From positions 13,723-77,722 of IMG/VR virus record IMGVR_UViG_3300034069_001889: a DNA stretch of 64,000 nt. One strand, written 5' to 3'. This document shows, one piece after another, positions 24,747-33,722 of the stretch; position 1 is the stretch's first letter, and every line of letters starts with the position of its first letter. The notes under the pieces were generated by a model that was given only the letters and a program-made list of their open reading frames with translations, searched no databases and was not told the origin of the DNA. Made by a program: the position numbers and the translations under genes. This DNA is from a virus.

Positions 24747-25757
24747 TCAGTACGTCGAAATTGAGATGTTGCTGGAGTACGTCTGACCTTGGTACGCGAT
24801 GTCGACTTTCATCACGTACGTACGGCTCTTGGCTATGATCCCCGACGCACTCGGCCGTGAAAAGTGGATAACGCCTTGCCCGCTCGGCTGGCCCAGCGGC
24901 CCCAGCGCAAAGATGAGTGTCCCGGAGGAGTCGTATAGAGACACCGAAGCCTGGTCGGGCTGCAGCACAACAGTTCCGTTCTCAGACAGCCACACGGCCA
25001 TGTCTATCGTATCGTTTTTCGGGTCCACTGCAAAGGACCCGCTTGCTTGCCAAGAGGTGAGGTCCCATTTCAAAATGTCCGTGATGCCGGCGAGATCGGC
25101 CTTGGTCGCCAGGGCGTCGAGGTTTGGAATCTGGACTTCTATTTTCTGGGTCAACGTTCGCGTGGCGTAGCCCCAGATCTGGGCCGCAGTGATGCCGTTG
25201 GCTTGAAGTGCCGCCACCGCATCAACGAGCGCAGAGGTTTTTGCAGAAACGGAGTTCAGCACGTCGGCCGGTGCGCGCGTGCTCACTTTAGTATCCAACA
25301 AGTCCAGCCGGCTGATTCGATCAGGCGTGAGGCCCGAAAGAGCGTCCGGAACGGATGGTGCGTTACTGACCTTGGTGGCGATCTGGGAGAGGGCCGCGCC
25401 AGTCGTACCGGCCTGCAGGTGCGCGCTCAAGGGGGTGTCCCAAACGTCGGTTCCACCACCTCCTCCCGATGAGGGCAGCGTGCCCACGTCGAAGTTTTCC
25501 ATGACGAGTGTGTACGCATCGAGCACGTTATAGAGATTGCTGGTGTAAACGCGGTACACCACGTAGAACTGCCCTTCGTTTAACGGGACGTAGGAAACAA
25601 CGTACGACCCGATCGTGTTCCCGGGACTCATACGCAAGCTGTCGACGTGCGTGTTGGTAGCGTCGTAGATGTCCGCGAGCGGATACTTGCCGGCCAACCC
25701 ATCGTTGAGTTGAAGTACCAAGAGCATAGGTTTTCCGACCGGGTTCAGTGCTTTCAT
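24747..25757 (-). CDS. Virion structural-type protein (336 aa): Ig-like ends with helical middle
   Basis: VWD.....H...GTTGAAL and IWGYATRTLT repeats typical of phage virion proteins. Confidence 0.7.
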   Translation of the reverse strand: MKALNPVGKPMLLVLQLNDGLAGKYPLADIYDATNTHVDSLRMSPGNTIGSYVVSYVPLNEGQFYVVYRVYTSNLYNVLDAYTLVMENFDVGTLPSSGGGGGTDVWDTPLSAHLQAGTTGAALSQIATKVSNAPSVPDALSGLTPDRISRLDLLDTKVSTRAPADVLNSVSAKTSALVDAVAALQANGITAAQIWGYATRTLTQKIEVQIPNLDALATKADLAGITDILKWDLTSWQASGSFAVDPKNDTIDMAVWLSENGTVVLQPDQASVSLYDSSGTLIFALGPLGQPSGQGVIHFSRPSASGIIAKSRTYVMKVDIAYQGQTYSSNISISTY

Positions 25758-25764
25758 GATCGTC

Positions 25765-26607
25765 CTAATAGGTGAGTGTGCTGACGATCCACTGCCTCAC
25801 GGTGTAGTTCGCCGCCACAGGAATATCGAGGAAGTCGTACTCGGTGTCGTCGATGAACTTCTGACGCAAGACCGTCCCGCCCGTGCTGACGAAAGCCGCC
25901 AAGTAGGGCCCGTACTCAACCCAGAAATTGTTTAGCTCGGTTTGTAATGCCACGGACTTTGTCGGATTGACGGAGGCGCTCGCCGTCATGATCCGGTCCG
26001 CGCCCGTGCGGATAGAATCGATGATCCACTGGCGGGCGATCGAGCGCTCTTCAAGCTGCTGTTGGTGCTGGTACGTGTTGTGTGAGTCAAATGCCACGTC
26101 TTCAATTTTGTACCAATCATGGATTTGATCATCGACCGCGTAGTATCCAAGCATTCGAATCCGGCGGGTCATGAAATTGAGGCTGTCGGCCTCAAATGTA
26201 AACGTGATCTGCGCCATTTTGGTCTGGCCAAGATAGTAAGTCGAGACCATCGGCCGACCGGCCCTGGTAAACGTGACATCGCGCTTATTAAGATTGATTC
26301 CCGCCTGAAGGTGAAGCGTGAAGTCTAGCTTGGACGGGTCGAAGTGGATATATTCATTGGCGACGTAGTCCATGATGCGCAGTTTGCGCGTCGAGTAATA
26401 ATCTTCTTTTGCATCTTGAAGATCTTCGTACTCCTGCCAGAGCGCGTTTTTTAAAGAGTTCAGGTCATCTAAACTCATGGTCGTCTGACCGGCCGGCGCA
26501 AAGTCACCCGCGCGGAGAGCGGTCAGATACATCGGCCAGTCTTGTGGAATGTAGGGATCCTGTTTGTCGGCCGACAGGTCTCGATTGAAGATGACCGCGA
26601 AGTTCAT
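25765..26607 (-). CDS. Hypothetical protein (280 aa)
   Basis: Long ORF tightly packed in the operon. Confidence 0.75.
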   Translation of the reverse strand: MNFAVIFNRDLSADKQDPYIPQDWPMYLTALRAGDFAPAGQTTMSLDDLNSLKNALWQEYEDLQDAKEDYYSTRKLRIMDYVANEYIHFDPSKLDFTLHLQAGINLNKRDVTFTRAGRPMVSTYYLGQTKMAQITFTFEADSLNFMTRRIRMLGYYAVDDQIHDWYKIEDVAFDSHNTYQHQQQLEERSIARQWIIDSIRTGADRIMTASASVNPTKSVALQTELNNFWVEYGPYLAAFVSTGGTVLRQKFIDDTEYDFLDIPVAANYTVRQWIVSTLTY

Positions 26608-26608
26608 C

Positions 26609-28015
26609 CTATTCCTCAGTCCATTCGATCCAAGCGTTGCATTTGGAGCCGTTGGCGCTGTTGCTGTTCATGTTGATAGCCGCGACTTCGGACGTACCAC
26701 GCAAGGTCACGGGTTGGGAATTCGTGCCCGGTTCCCACAGAAACGAGCGGACGTTGGTGGCCGGCGCCGTGTTGTTGTTTAAAGTTCCTTGAATCGTTTC
26801 CGCGGTAAACGCCACACGTTCCGAACGCAGCACGCCGACCAAAGTACCGAGCGACGATGGGTTTGATGTGTACGCACGAATGACGGCGGTGGCCGCCGGG
26901 TTGGCTGAATCAAGAGGTACGGCTGTTCCGTAGGTTCCCGTGGCAGGCCCGTTGGCAGTAGATCGTTTCAAGAATAAAAGATCTTGGTACGTGCTTGTGC
27001 TCTGCGTGCACGAAAAGCTCAGGGCGCGTACTTTCACGACTTTTGTGGCCGAGCCGCTGATTGAAAATACGTCCGTCGGCGAATTTGCTGTGGCTAGCGT
27101 GGTGACGGCGGCCGAGTAGGTTGCGGCACCACCGGAGGCTTCGACCTGAATTGCTCCGGCGGGGCTCACCTTTGCTTTACGCCAGGGGAACGTGCCGTCA
27201 GATAGCTGCACCGAATTTTTTGCCGTGTCGCCAACCCCGATCAACGCGGCGCTGAGCGCCGGAGAAGCGGTGGTCGCGGCCGTGCCATTAAAAGATCCGA
27301 TGACAACGCCAAACGTACCAATTTGAGGGGAGGGGTAAGTAATAGCCCCCACCTGAACGTTGTCGAGCTCATAATAAACGCGCGACGCCTTATAGTACAT
27401 GGCGTAGCGATGCAACTTCCCGTCGGTAGGTCTATTTAACGGGAGCGTTTGCGTGCGAACGCCACCTGAATAGACTGCCCCTTGAAGTGCGCCGGTAACC
27501 TGATCAAGCTCGTAAACAGCACCGTCCGTGATCGGGGTGGCCGCAGTAGGGGTGGCCGCGTAGTTGCCGTAACCCCAAATCCGTTTGTTGCCGGCCAACG
27601 CGGCAGTATCGAGCTGAATCAACGACGCAAACTGCAAGTACGCACTGCTGCCCGGCGCAAAAGTCGCCTTGGTTCTCATGTAACTCGACGCATTTGCCGT
27701 GGCGCCTGGCGCAAAAACTGAACTTCCCGCCTGAACCACGGGAGCCGTTGTTCCGCCTAGAATCCAGATGTCGTTTGTATTCAACGTTTCAAATGTGTCG
27801 TGAAGAAGCGTCGTCGGATCGATCTGAACCTTTGTCACAGCGTCCGGCCGCCAAGATGCACTCATCCCGGCAGAATCATCCAAAATGAGTTTGACTTGCA
27901 GCGGGTTGGTGGAACTAGGCGAAGTTCCGTTGAGCGTTAAGTCTGACTGACCGATGTAAGCTGCTTGGGCAACTGCACCCCAGAAAAAACAGGTTAGAAT
28001 TAGAAAATGTACCAT
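26609..28015 (-). CDS. Beta-sandwich/lectin-like protein (468 aa) with apparent Sec signal peptide
   Basis: MVHFLILTCFFWGAVAQA-A N-terminus; concanavalin-like DGKLHRYAMYYKASRVYYELDNVQVG segment. Confidence 0.7.
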   Translation of the reverse strand: MVHFLILTCFFWGAVAQAAYIGQSDLTLNGTSPSSTNPLQVKLILDDSAGMSASWRPDAVTKVQIDPTTLLHDTFETLNTNDIWILGGTTAPVVQAGSSVFAPGATANASSYMRTKATFAPGSSAYLQFASLIQLDTAALAGNKRIWGYGNYAATPTAATPITDGAVYELDQVTGALQGAVYSGGVRTQTLPLNRPTDGKLHRYAMYYKASRVYYELDNVQVGAITYPSPQIGTFGVVIGSFNGTAATTASPALSAALIGVGDTAKNSVQLSDGTFPWRKAKVSPAGAIQVEASGGAATYSAAVTTLATANSPTDVFSISGSATKVVKVRALSFSCTQSTSTYQDLLFLKRSTANGPATGTYGTAVPLDSANPAATAVIRAYTSNPSSLGTLVGVLRSERVAFTAETIQGTLNNNTAPATNVRSFLWEPGTNSQPVTLRGTSEVAAINMNSNSANGSKCNAWIEWTEE

Positions 28016-28404
28016 GTCCCTCCTGACGGCATAAGTTCCGCAGCGTTGTTCGCTTTTAAGCTCAGTGTTGTGGCACCATCCATTTTATCCGAAGACGAGA
28101 CCGTCACGGTTCCAGTGCCAATGTTTTTAATTTTTAAGGGACGATTGCGCGACGTTGTCGCAATGGCAAATAAAGTTAGCGTCAACGTCGTGACCGTTGT
28201 GGCCGGCTTCATTAAAATAACGTCCTGGTCTACGTCAGTTACAGTTGTGGACGCAGTGTAGCTTTGAATGGTGGGAGCGTACTTGTCGCAAATCCAACCG
28301 GTGCCCGTCCAAAGAATCGAATCTCCGGCTTTGGCACCATTTTGGGCGAGCTTCCTCAGCAGGATGGAGGCATCCTGCAAGAATTTGCCAGCTAATTGGG
28401 ACAA
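28000..28404 (-). CDS. Short fibre/appendage protein (134 aa)
   Basis: N-terminus MSQLAGKFLQD..I..RKL; C-terminal T-L-T-L...LKIKNIGTGTVTV domain common in phage fibres. Confidence 0.65.
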   Translation of the reverse strand: MSQLAGKFLQDASILLRKLAQNGAKAGDSILWTGTGWICDKYAPTIQSYTASTTVTDVDQDVILMKPATTVTTLTLTLFAIATTSRNRPLKIKNIGTGTVTVSSSDKMDGATTLSLKANNAAELMPSGGTWYIF

Positions 28405-28417
28405 GTATGCTCCTTAC

Positions 28418-29470
28418 TTAGAACGCCATGTAAGAAACGACCACCTGATCACCGGCCGCGAGTGCCGAGACGCCGGCCGAAGCCAATCCGCCCGTAAACG
28501 CGACGCGAGTCTTCGAAGACACGCCGCCCGTGTAGTTGACCGTGTAGTCTACAGTCTCTGCCTGAGTGGGCCCGCCGACAACCGTAAATTGAATGGAGCT
28601 GTCCGCAGCGACGTCGGGCAAATCAAGGTACTGATTGCTTACGTCGGTGGCCTGAAGCGTGAAAAGAGATTTCTTCGAGCGCTTGCCTGAGACGGCGCCG
28701 GTCGAAGGATCGCGGCGGGTCGTCTGGTCTTTTTCCAGGGTGGCTTGGTCGACTTTGACACGCAGCTGACCGGCCAGGTTGCCGGGGTTCGTCGACTCAA
28801 GGCCGCCGTTTGATGCGAGATCGACGCTCCAAGTATTGCCAGACTTGATGAGCATGTCGCCCGCAAGCTGCGAGAGCGTGCTAGGATATCTGGCAAAGAC
28901 GAGGTTGGTAGTGCCGAGGGTGATGGGGTCCGGAGTCGTGAGAAGCGCTTCATAGCCCTGGTACACCGTACCTTGGGTGATCATGAAGTAGAGTCCCTCG
29001 GTCACCTGCGCCGAGCTTGCGGCGTCGGGAGCGCGGGCGAGGGTGTAGTTACCGCCGGACACCGAGGCAACGTAGATACCGTTTTGGGTCGCGTTGGTCT
29101 GACCGGTCAAACCAATCCGCATCTGATCGACAACGGTCACGCCGTCAATTACGAGCGGGGTGGTGCCGGTCAAAGCCAGGTTTGAGTCTGCCAGGGCTGA
29201 GGCAGCGTCTTTGGCGTCACCTTTACCAAGAACGTAGTTCTGAACGTACTCGACCGTGGCGACCTGCTTCAGGGCGGACGGGACGGGCAGAACGGTGCTC
29301 ATCTCCGGGATGAGCTGGAACTCGAACTTGTCTGCCGAAGTGCCTTTGGCGACGTTTACGTCCGCGGTGTTGGCCGCATTACGGAAACGCAGCATCTCGT
29401 TGTTGTCTAGACGAAGCTTGGCTCCCGAGACGGCGTTATCTTGAATAAACTTGCGCTGGATCTGTGACAT
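28418..29470 (-). CDS. Fibre/appendage protein (350 aa)
   Basis: Neck motif VATVEYVQ; RIGLTGQTNATQNGIYV..LARAPDA module widespread in phage fibres. Confidence 0.7.
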   Translation of the reverse strand: MSQIQRKFIQDNAVSGAKLRLDNNEMLRFRNAANTADVNVAKGTSADKFEFQLIPEMSTVLPVPSALKQVATVEYVQNYVLGKGDAKDAASALADSNLALTGTTPLVIDGVTVVDQMRIGLTGQTNATQNGIYVASVSGGNYTLARAPDAASSAQVTEGLYFMITQGTVYQGYEALLTTPDPITLGTTNLVFARYPSTLSQLAGDMLIKSGNTWSVDLASNGGLESTNPGNLAGQLRVKVDQATLEKDQTTRRDPSTGAVSGKRSKKSLFTLQATDVSNQYLDLPDVAADSSIQFTVVGGPTQAETVDYTVNYTGGVSSKTRVAFTGGLASAGVSALAAGDQVVVSYMAF

Positions 29471-29485
29471 TGTTTCCCCTACACC

Positions 29486-29746
29486 CTATAAGTAGTACGT
29501 TATTCTTAATTTTACTCCGGGGCTCAGTAGTGTCTCAAGCCCCATCGCGTTCCAAAGCAACCGACCCGCGTCGTTGAGGACGTAGTCCACGTTAGGGGAT
29601 TGAGCTCCGCATCCCACCACGTCGAGCGCGACGAGCGTCGTCGGCGACGGGACCAAAGGCAAAAATATAAACCCAGCCGCGACGTCGGCCTGGGAGAGAG
29701 TGACCTCATTGATCACTACTTGATATTTCCGTGCGGCTACGGCCAT
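29486..29746 (-). CDS. Small beta-rich protein (86 aa), similar to the C-terminal domain of 28418..29470
   Basis: TLSQADVAAGFIFLP..P...LDVVG.GAQ..NVDY aligns with TLQATDVSNQYLDLP..A..QFTVVGGPTQ..TVDY. Confidence 0.7.
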   Translation of the reverse strand: MAVAARKYQVVINEVTLSQADVAAGFIFLPLVPSPTTLVALDVVGCGAQSPNVDYVLNDAGRLLWNAMGLETLLSPGVKLRITYYL

Positions 29747-29772
29747 GCCAAAACCCTCATCCTAACTTCTGG

Positions 29773-29781
29773 ATTTTATCA
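29773..29781 (-). promoter_or_regulatory. Extended -10 promoter candidate TGATAAAAT
   Basis: Intergenic, upstream of 29746; matches TGnTAnAAT. Confidence 0.55.
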
Positions 29782-29814
29782 CTGATCTGAAAGATCGCCC
29801 AGCATCCTGGGCCG

Positions 29815-30618
29815 CTACCCGTTATTTGCTAGTGCGTCCATGGCATACAAATCGGCCGAAAAGATCTTCAACGCTTGTATAAACGCAAAATCTTCGCGCA
29901 TCTGAATGGTCGTTGCGTAGAGCTTGATGGCGTTGAGCTCAGTCGCAATGGAGGCCGTAACCTCGGGGTCGGTTGCCACACCCGTTTCTTCTCGATTCAT
30001 CGCGGCCAAGTTTGGCTCGGCCATCCGTAAATATTTAGATGGTGTGACCGTGTACATGCCGTCGGTGTGGCAGCACGCGGCAATATACGCTTTGACCTCG
30101 TTTGCAAACTCGTCGGGACGGATCACGTCGAGCATCGCAACCGTCGAGGCACACTCGGGAGGGCTCAGCGGTTCGAGTACGCCAAAATTGGGGATCCGGT
30201 CATTAAACGCGCCTCCGACCTTCTCAAACACGTTCCATTCCCGGTGAACGGTGTCAGAGGTGAGGATGACCCTCAAGGCCAAAATTTTGTTGCGCACCAG
30301 CGGCGGCACGTTCGTATCGAGCAGGCCGGTCGCGTGAAATTTCTCTAGCGCCTGGCCGGCCCGCTCCCCGGTCCAGGCTGAGTATTTCTGATCGAGAGCC
30401 GTAAATAAAGTCTCAGGCTTCCAGGCCAGGGCCGCCGGACCTAGAGATTTGAGTTCTTGAAGTAGGACCAAGGGCGAGGTCAAAGATTCGTAAATGGCCG
30501 GCTGGGCCATTTTTAGGCTGCGAAGGACGGTGCCGTTCACCGAGTTAGAAAAACGCGCGAACGAACCATCTTGGGGCTTACGTGCTTTTTTCTTTTGATC
30601 CTTCGCAGTCTCTTTCAC
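29815..30618 (-). CDS. Hypothetical protein (267 aa)
   Basis: Start overlaps the stop of the 363-aa gene; helical. Confidence 0.75.
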   Translation of the reverse strand: MKETAKDQKKKARKPQDGSFARFSNSVNGTVLRSLKMAQPAIYESLTSPLVLLQELKSLGPAALAWKPETLFTALDQKYSAWTGERAGQALEKFHATGLLDTNVPPLVRNKILALRVILTSDTVHREWNVFEKVGGAFNDRIPNFGVLEPLSPPECASTVAMLDVIRPDEFANEVKAYIAACCHTDGMYTVTPSKYLRMAEPNLAAMNREETGVATDPEVTASIATELNAIKLYATTIQMREDFAFIQALKIFSADLYAMDALANNG

Positions 30619-31706
30619 AACTTCCCTTTGGCGATCTGCGCGATCACCAGTTTGGCATCGAGCGGCAGTGACTCAAAAATGGACTGCCCGTGTTTTTGCA
30701 GCGATCCGGCCAACGTCTCTCCGAAGTAGCTCTTCACCTTATCGTACTTCTCGGAGGCGACTTTGCTCAGTTCAGGGCCGGTCATCGTCAGTCCGGACTG
30801 CTCATCTTCGAACACGAACCCGGCGTTTTTCTCAATCTGGGTATCGTAGGTCGCCTGGTACGGGTCAAGCAGATAGCGGCCGTAGACCTTCGGCATCTCG
30901 TTTTCGCCGTCCCATTTCTCAAGAAGCGCGGCGAACTGATCCGGCGTGGCCTTGTCTTGGACCGACGCAATCTTATTCAGATTGGTCAGGGCCTCCGGGC
31001 GGTGCTGCGCGAATTCACGCCGCAAAGTGAGCTGGCGTTCGACCTGGTCTCCGTAGACCGTCCCGGCCACCTTTCGGAGCTGTAAAAGCTCCCCGTCCGG
31101 CAGAGTCACGCTCAACGCCTCCGCTCGACCTAAGACGTTGGCGGCGTAGTTGTGTCGGTCGGCGGGCTCGAAGTCTTTGAAAAATTCTCCAAAGTACCGG
31201 CTCGCGGTCTTTACGTGGTCTTCACTGAAGAGAGGGTATCGACCCGGGAGAGCGTAAACTCCATCACGCGGCTTGGCCTCAATGGTCCGCGGAGACGCAA
31301 TCTTTTTGTGATCCGCGTCTTCCACGTACAAATTCGAGATCGGTTTTTCACTGGCTCCGAACTGTTCGACCGCTGAATTGGTTTTGAGTCCGAACTCCTG
31401 GCACGCGGCCTTGATGTGGCTCGCCGTGATGCGCGCGGCCTGGTAGGGCAGCTTGTGGGCATTTTTTTCAAAATACGCGGCCGACAACCAAGTGTCCGCC
31501 GGCGTATGGACGGGGAAGCGCCGCAGCCGAGACCCTTCTTTGGTCAGTGCGTGCAGTGCAAAAGACGTGTTCTCAAGTTTTGAAGCCTCTTCCCGGAGGG
31601 CGATCGAAGCTGTTTTCACAAACTCCGGTATTCCTCCGGCGAGTCCCCGCAACTGCGAAAGTCCGAGGTCGTCGTTAAAGTCCAAAGTCTGCGTTGCCAA
31701 GCTCAT
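30615..31706 (-). CDS. Hypothetical protein (~363 aa) punctuated by K-x-A-[S/G] motifs; probable head-internal or scaffold protein
   Basis: ATG 31706 with GGAGGA RBS; KTAS x2, KIAS x2, KVAS, KVAG, KNAG. Function is inferred. Confidence 0.8.
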   Translation of the reverse strand: MSLATQTLDFNDDLGLSQLRGLAGGIPEFVKTASIALREEASKLENTSFALHALTKEGSRLRRFPVHTPADTWLSAAYFEKNAHKLPYQAARITASHIKAACQEFGLKTNSAVEQFGASEKPISNLYVEDADHKKIASPRTIEAKPRDGVYALPGRYPLFSEDHVKTASRYFGEFFKDFEPADRHNYAANVLGRAEALSVTLPDGELLQLRKVAGTVYGDQVERQLTLRREFAQHRPEALTNLNKIASVQDKATPDQFAALLEKWDGENEMPKVYGRYLLDPYQATYDTQIEKNAGFVFEDEQSGLTMTGPELSKVASEKYDKVKSYFGETLAGSLQKHGQSIFESLPLDAKLVIAQIAKGKL

Positions 31707-31725
31707 ATTAATCCTCCACAGGCCA

Positions 31726-31734
31726 ATCATACCA
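31726..31734 (-). promoter_or_regulatory. Extended -10 promoter candidate TGGTATGAT
   Basis: About 20 nt upstream of the ATG at 31706. Confidence 0.55.
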
Positions 31735-31814
31735 TGCGACGAAACACTGCGGCACGAGCAGATTAGTAGGTCAAGGGGGAGGTGGTGCGGGGCGGCAAAT
31801 TCTGGGATTACAGG

Positions 31815-31824
31815 GGTATAGGTT
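31815..31824 (+). promoter_or_regulatory. Candidate promoter motif GGTATAGGTT
   Basis: Divergent gap before 31878; same motif class as 12651. Confidence 0.4.
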
Positions 31825-31877
31825 CTTTGTGGTCGCTAACTATCACAGCTAAAAACCTTTCGAAAGGATCAAAGATC

Positions 31878-32372
31878 ATGTCTAACGTAAATCAAGAAGC
31901 ATCAAAAACCGCCCCCACGCACGAACCCGTTCTCTCTCCGCCCGACAAGTTCTTCGTCGAACTCGCACTGCTGGCGAAGGCCGGCGGCTGGTCGAAGGAG
32001 CGTCTCAAGCACATCGAGGACATTGCCGTAGCCAACTGGCTGGCGGTTGAGAAGACTGCTCAGATCGAATCGCAACAAAATCTCCAGACGCTTGGCGTGT
32101 TCATGACCAACACCAAGCAATCGCTGCAATCGCTCAACGACAGCGCGGTCAAGGGTCCGTACGCACGCGGCTACATGGGTCGCTACGGCATCATCCGCGA
32201 GCGCGTCGAGCAGTGGTTCTGGAATTTCGGTCTGACGATCATCTTCGGCCTCATCCTCGCCAAGATCCTTCCGAACAACAAGATCACGGCAACCGCCAAC
32301 GCCAACAACCCGTTTGCTTCGACCGAGCCCGTGGAACAACCCACGCGCCGTCGTCCGCAAGCCGCAGCCTAA
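31878..32372 (+). CDS. Hypothetical membrane protein (~164 aa)
   Basis: AAAGGA RBS; C-terminal TM-like WFWNFGLTIIFGLILAKIL; followed by a terminator. Confidence 0.75.
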   Translation: MSNVNQEASKTAPTHEPVLSPPDKFFVELALLAKAGGWSKERLKHIEDIAVANWLAVEKTAQIESQQNLQTLGVFMTNTKQSLQSLNDSAVKGPYARGYMGRYGIIRERVEQWFWNFGLTIIFGLILAKILPNNKITATANANNPFASTEPVEQPTRRRPQAAA

Positions 32373-32408
32373 CTAACACAGGTAGCGACCACAACTGCAG
32401 AATGGATC

Positions 32409-32443
32409 AAGCGCGACCCACCGACGGGTCGCGCTTTTTCTTT
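32409..32443 (+). terminator. Intrinsic terminator
   Basis: AAGCGCGACCC-accgac-GGGTCGCGCTT followed by TTTCTTT (11-bp stem). Confidence 0.85.
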
Positions 32444-32449
32444 ACCTAT

Positions 32450-33373
32450 TTAGAAGCTGTAGTTATTAACGAGGGGCGGCAGGAGATCCAGAATGTTGGC
32501 AGAGGCGGCGTCCGGGATCTCGACTTGATGCCGAATCCCGGCGCAAGGAATCTCGATGATGCAGATCAGCCCCCGGAGAAGGGCTATTTCGAAAGCTCCG
32601 GTTGAATCGAGAAATGTGAAGAGAGAATCCGCCGCGATGACCCGCCCGTTTGACTCGGCCGGAAACCGGATCGGGCGGGCCGTGACTTGGATGGGCTTTC
32701 CCGGCCGCGACCCGCTCAAGCCTACGAATTGTCCGGAGACCACGCATTTGTCGGCCACGGTCACGTCGACCGGCGCGAGCACCACGAAATCATCGTAGGC
32801 AAAGTTGTCAAAGGCCGTTCCGCTCAAGGCGTACACGAACGATCCCACGCGACTCAGATCTGCGCCTGAAAATCTAATGGTGTAGAAACCGAATCCTAGA
32901 TCAAACCAAGACTCGTCGGTCAGCTCTTTCGCGGCAAACGCGGTTTGACCATCCTTTTTGATTAAGCAGTTCACGCTTCCGGGACTGATGCCGCCTGCCG
33001 CCACCCCGTCTTTTTCGAGGTAAACCGTTCGCTCGCAAGGATTGTCTTGAAAGTAACTCTGCGTCTCCGTGCTCATTGACGGGTCGACCAGATTGAATTG
33101 GTCGAATGGAGCGTTGTCGAAGTCGGATCCGCTGACGCGGTAAAGAAACGAGCCCACGACGTCGGTGACCGAAGCATCAAAGATGACGGTGTAAAGACCA
33201 TTGCCTAGCTCGATCCAGTTTGCCGCAATTGTCGGAAAAGGCTGGAAGCTGGTCTGGCCTGATTTTTTTATCTCGACCGATGCCGCATCCGCGGCTACGC
33301 CTAAGACGGGTTGGTCTAGTTTACTTAAATAAACCGTGCGCTCGATCGGGGTGGATTTCACGTAGCTCGACAT
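32450..33373 (-). CDS. Structural-type protein (307 aa) with two tandem Ig-like repeats
   Basis: ERTVYL...IKK.GQT.F...W..LG.G.YT..F...VGSF.Y..SG..FDN occurs twice. Confidence 0.75.
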   Translation of the reverse strand: MSSYVKSTPIERTVYLSKLDQPVLGVAADAASVEIKKSGQTSFQPFPTIAANWIELGNGLYTVIFDASVTDVVGSFLYRVSGSDFDNAPFDQFNLVDPSMSTETQSYFQDNPCERTVYLEKDGVAAGGISPGSVNCLIKKDGQTAFAAKELTDESWFDLGFGFYTIRFSGADLSRVGSFVYALSGTAFDNFAYDDFVVLAPVDVTVADKCVVSGQFVGLSGSRPGKPIQVTARPIRFPAESNGRVIAADSLFTFLDSTGAFEIALLRGLICIIEIPCAGIRHQVEIPDAASANILDLLPPLVNNYSF

Positions 33374-33377
33374 ATTC

Positions 33378-33710
33378 TTACCCTTGCTGCATCACAATCC
33401 AGTTGATGCTGTAGTTAGCCGTATCCGTCGGAGCGTTCCAACTTAACGTAAAACCGTTGATCGTTAACGCGGTCACGCTCACCGGCTGGTACTGAGGAAA
33501 CGGATCCGTAGTGTTTTGCCAGGTGCACACGACCGCGTAGTTCGTTGATGGCAGCGCCGTGGCGAATGTCACCGCTAGGGACGATACAGATGCTCCAACT
33601 GAGCTGCGGTTAGACCTAAAGTCAGGGCCAGAGCTTCCGCCTCCGGAAGAGCTGCCGCCGACCTTAAATCTATTTTTTACCGTATCCCACTGAACAAGAA
33701 CGAGTGCCAT
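33378..33710 (-). CDS. Small fibre-tip protein (H-type lectin/gp53-like domain)
   Basis: VTFATALPSTNYAVV...TINGFTLSW...NWIVM; same module as the C-terminus of 48585..51830. Confidence 0.65.
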   Translation of the reverse strand: MALVLVQWDTVKNRFKVGGSSSGGGSSGPDFRSNRSSVGASVSSLAVTFATALPSTNYAVVCTWQNTTDPFPQYQPVSVTALTINGFTLSWNAPTDTANYSINWIVMQQG

Positions 33711-33722
33711 CGAGCCCTCCTC

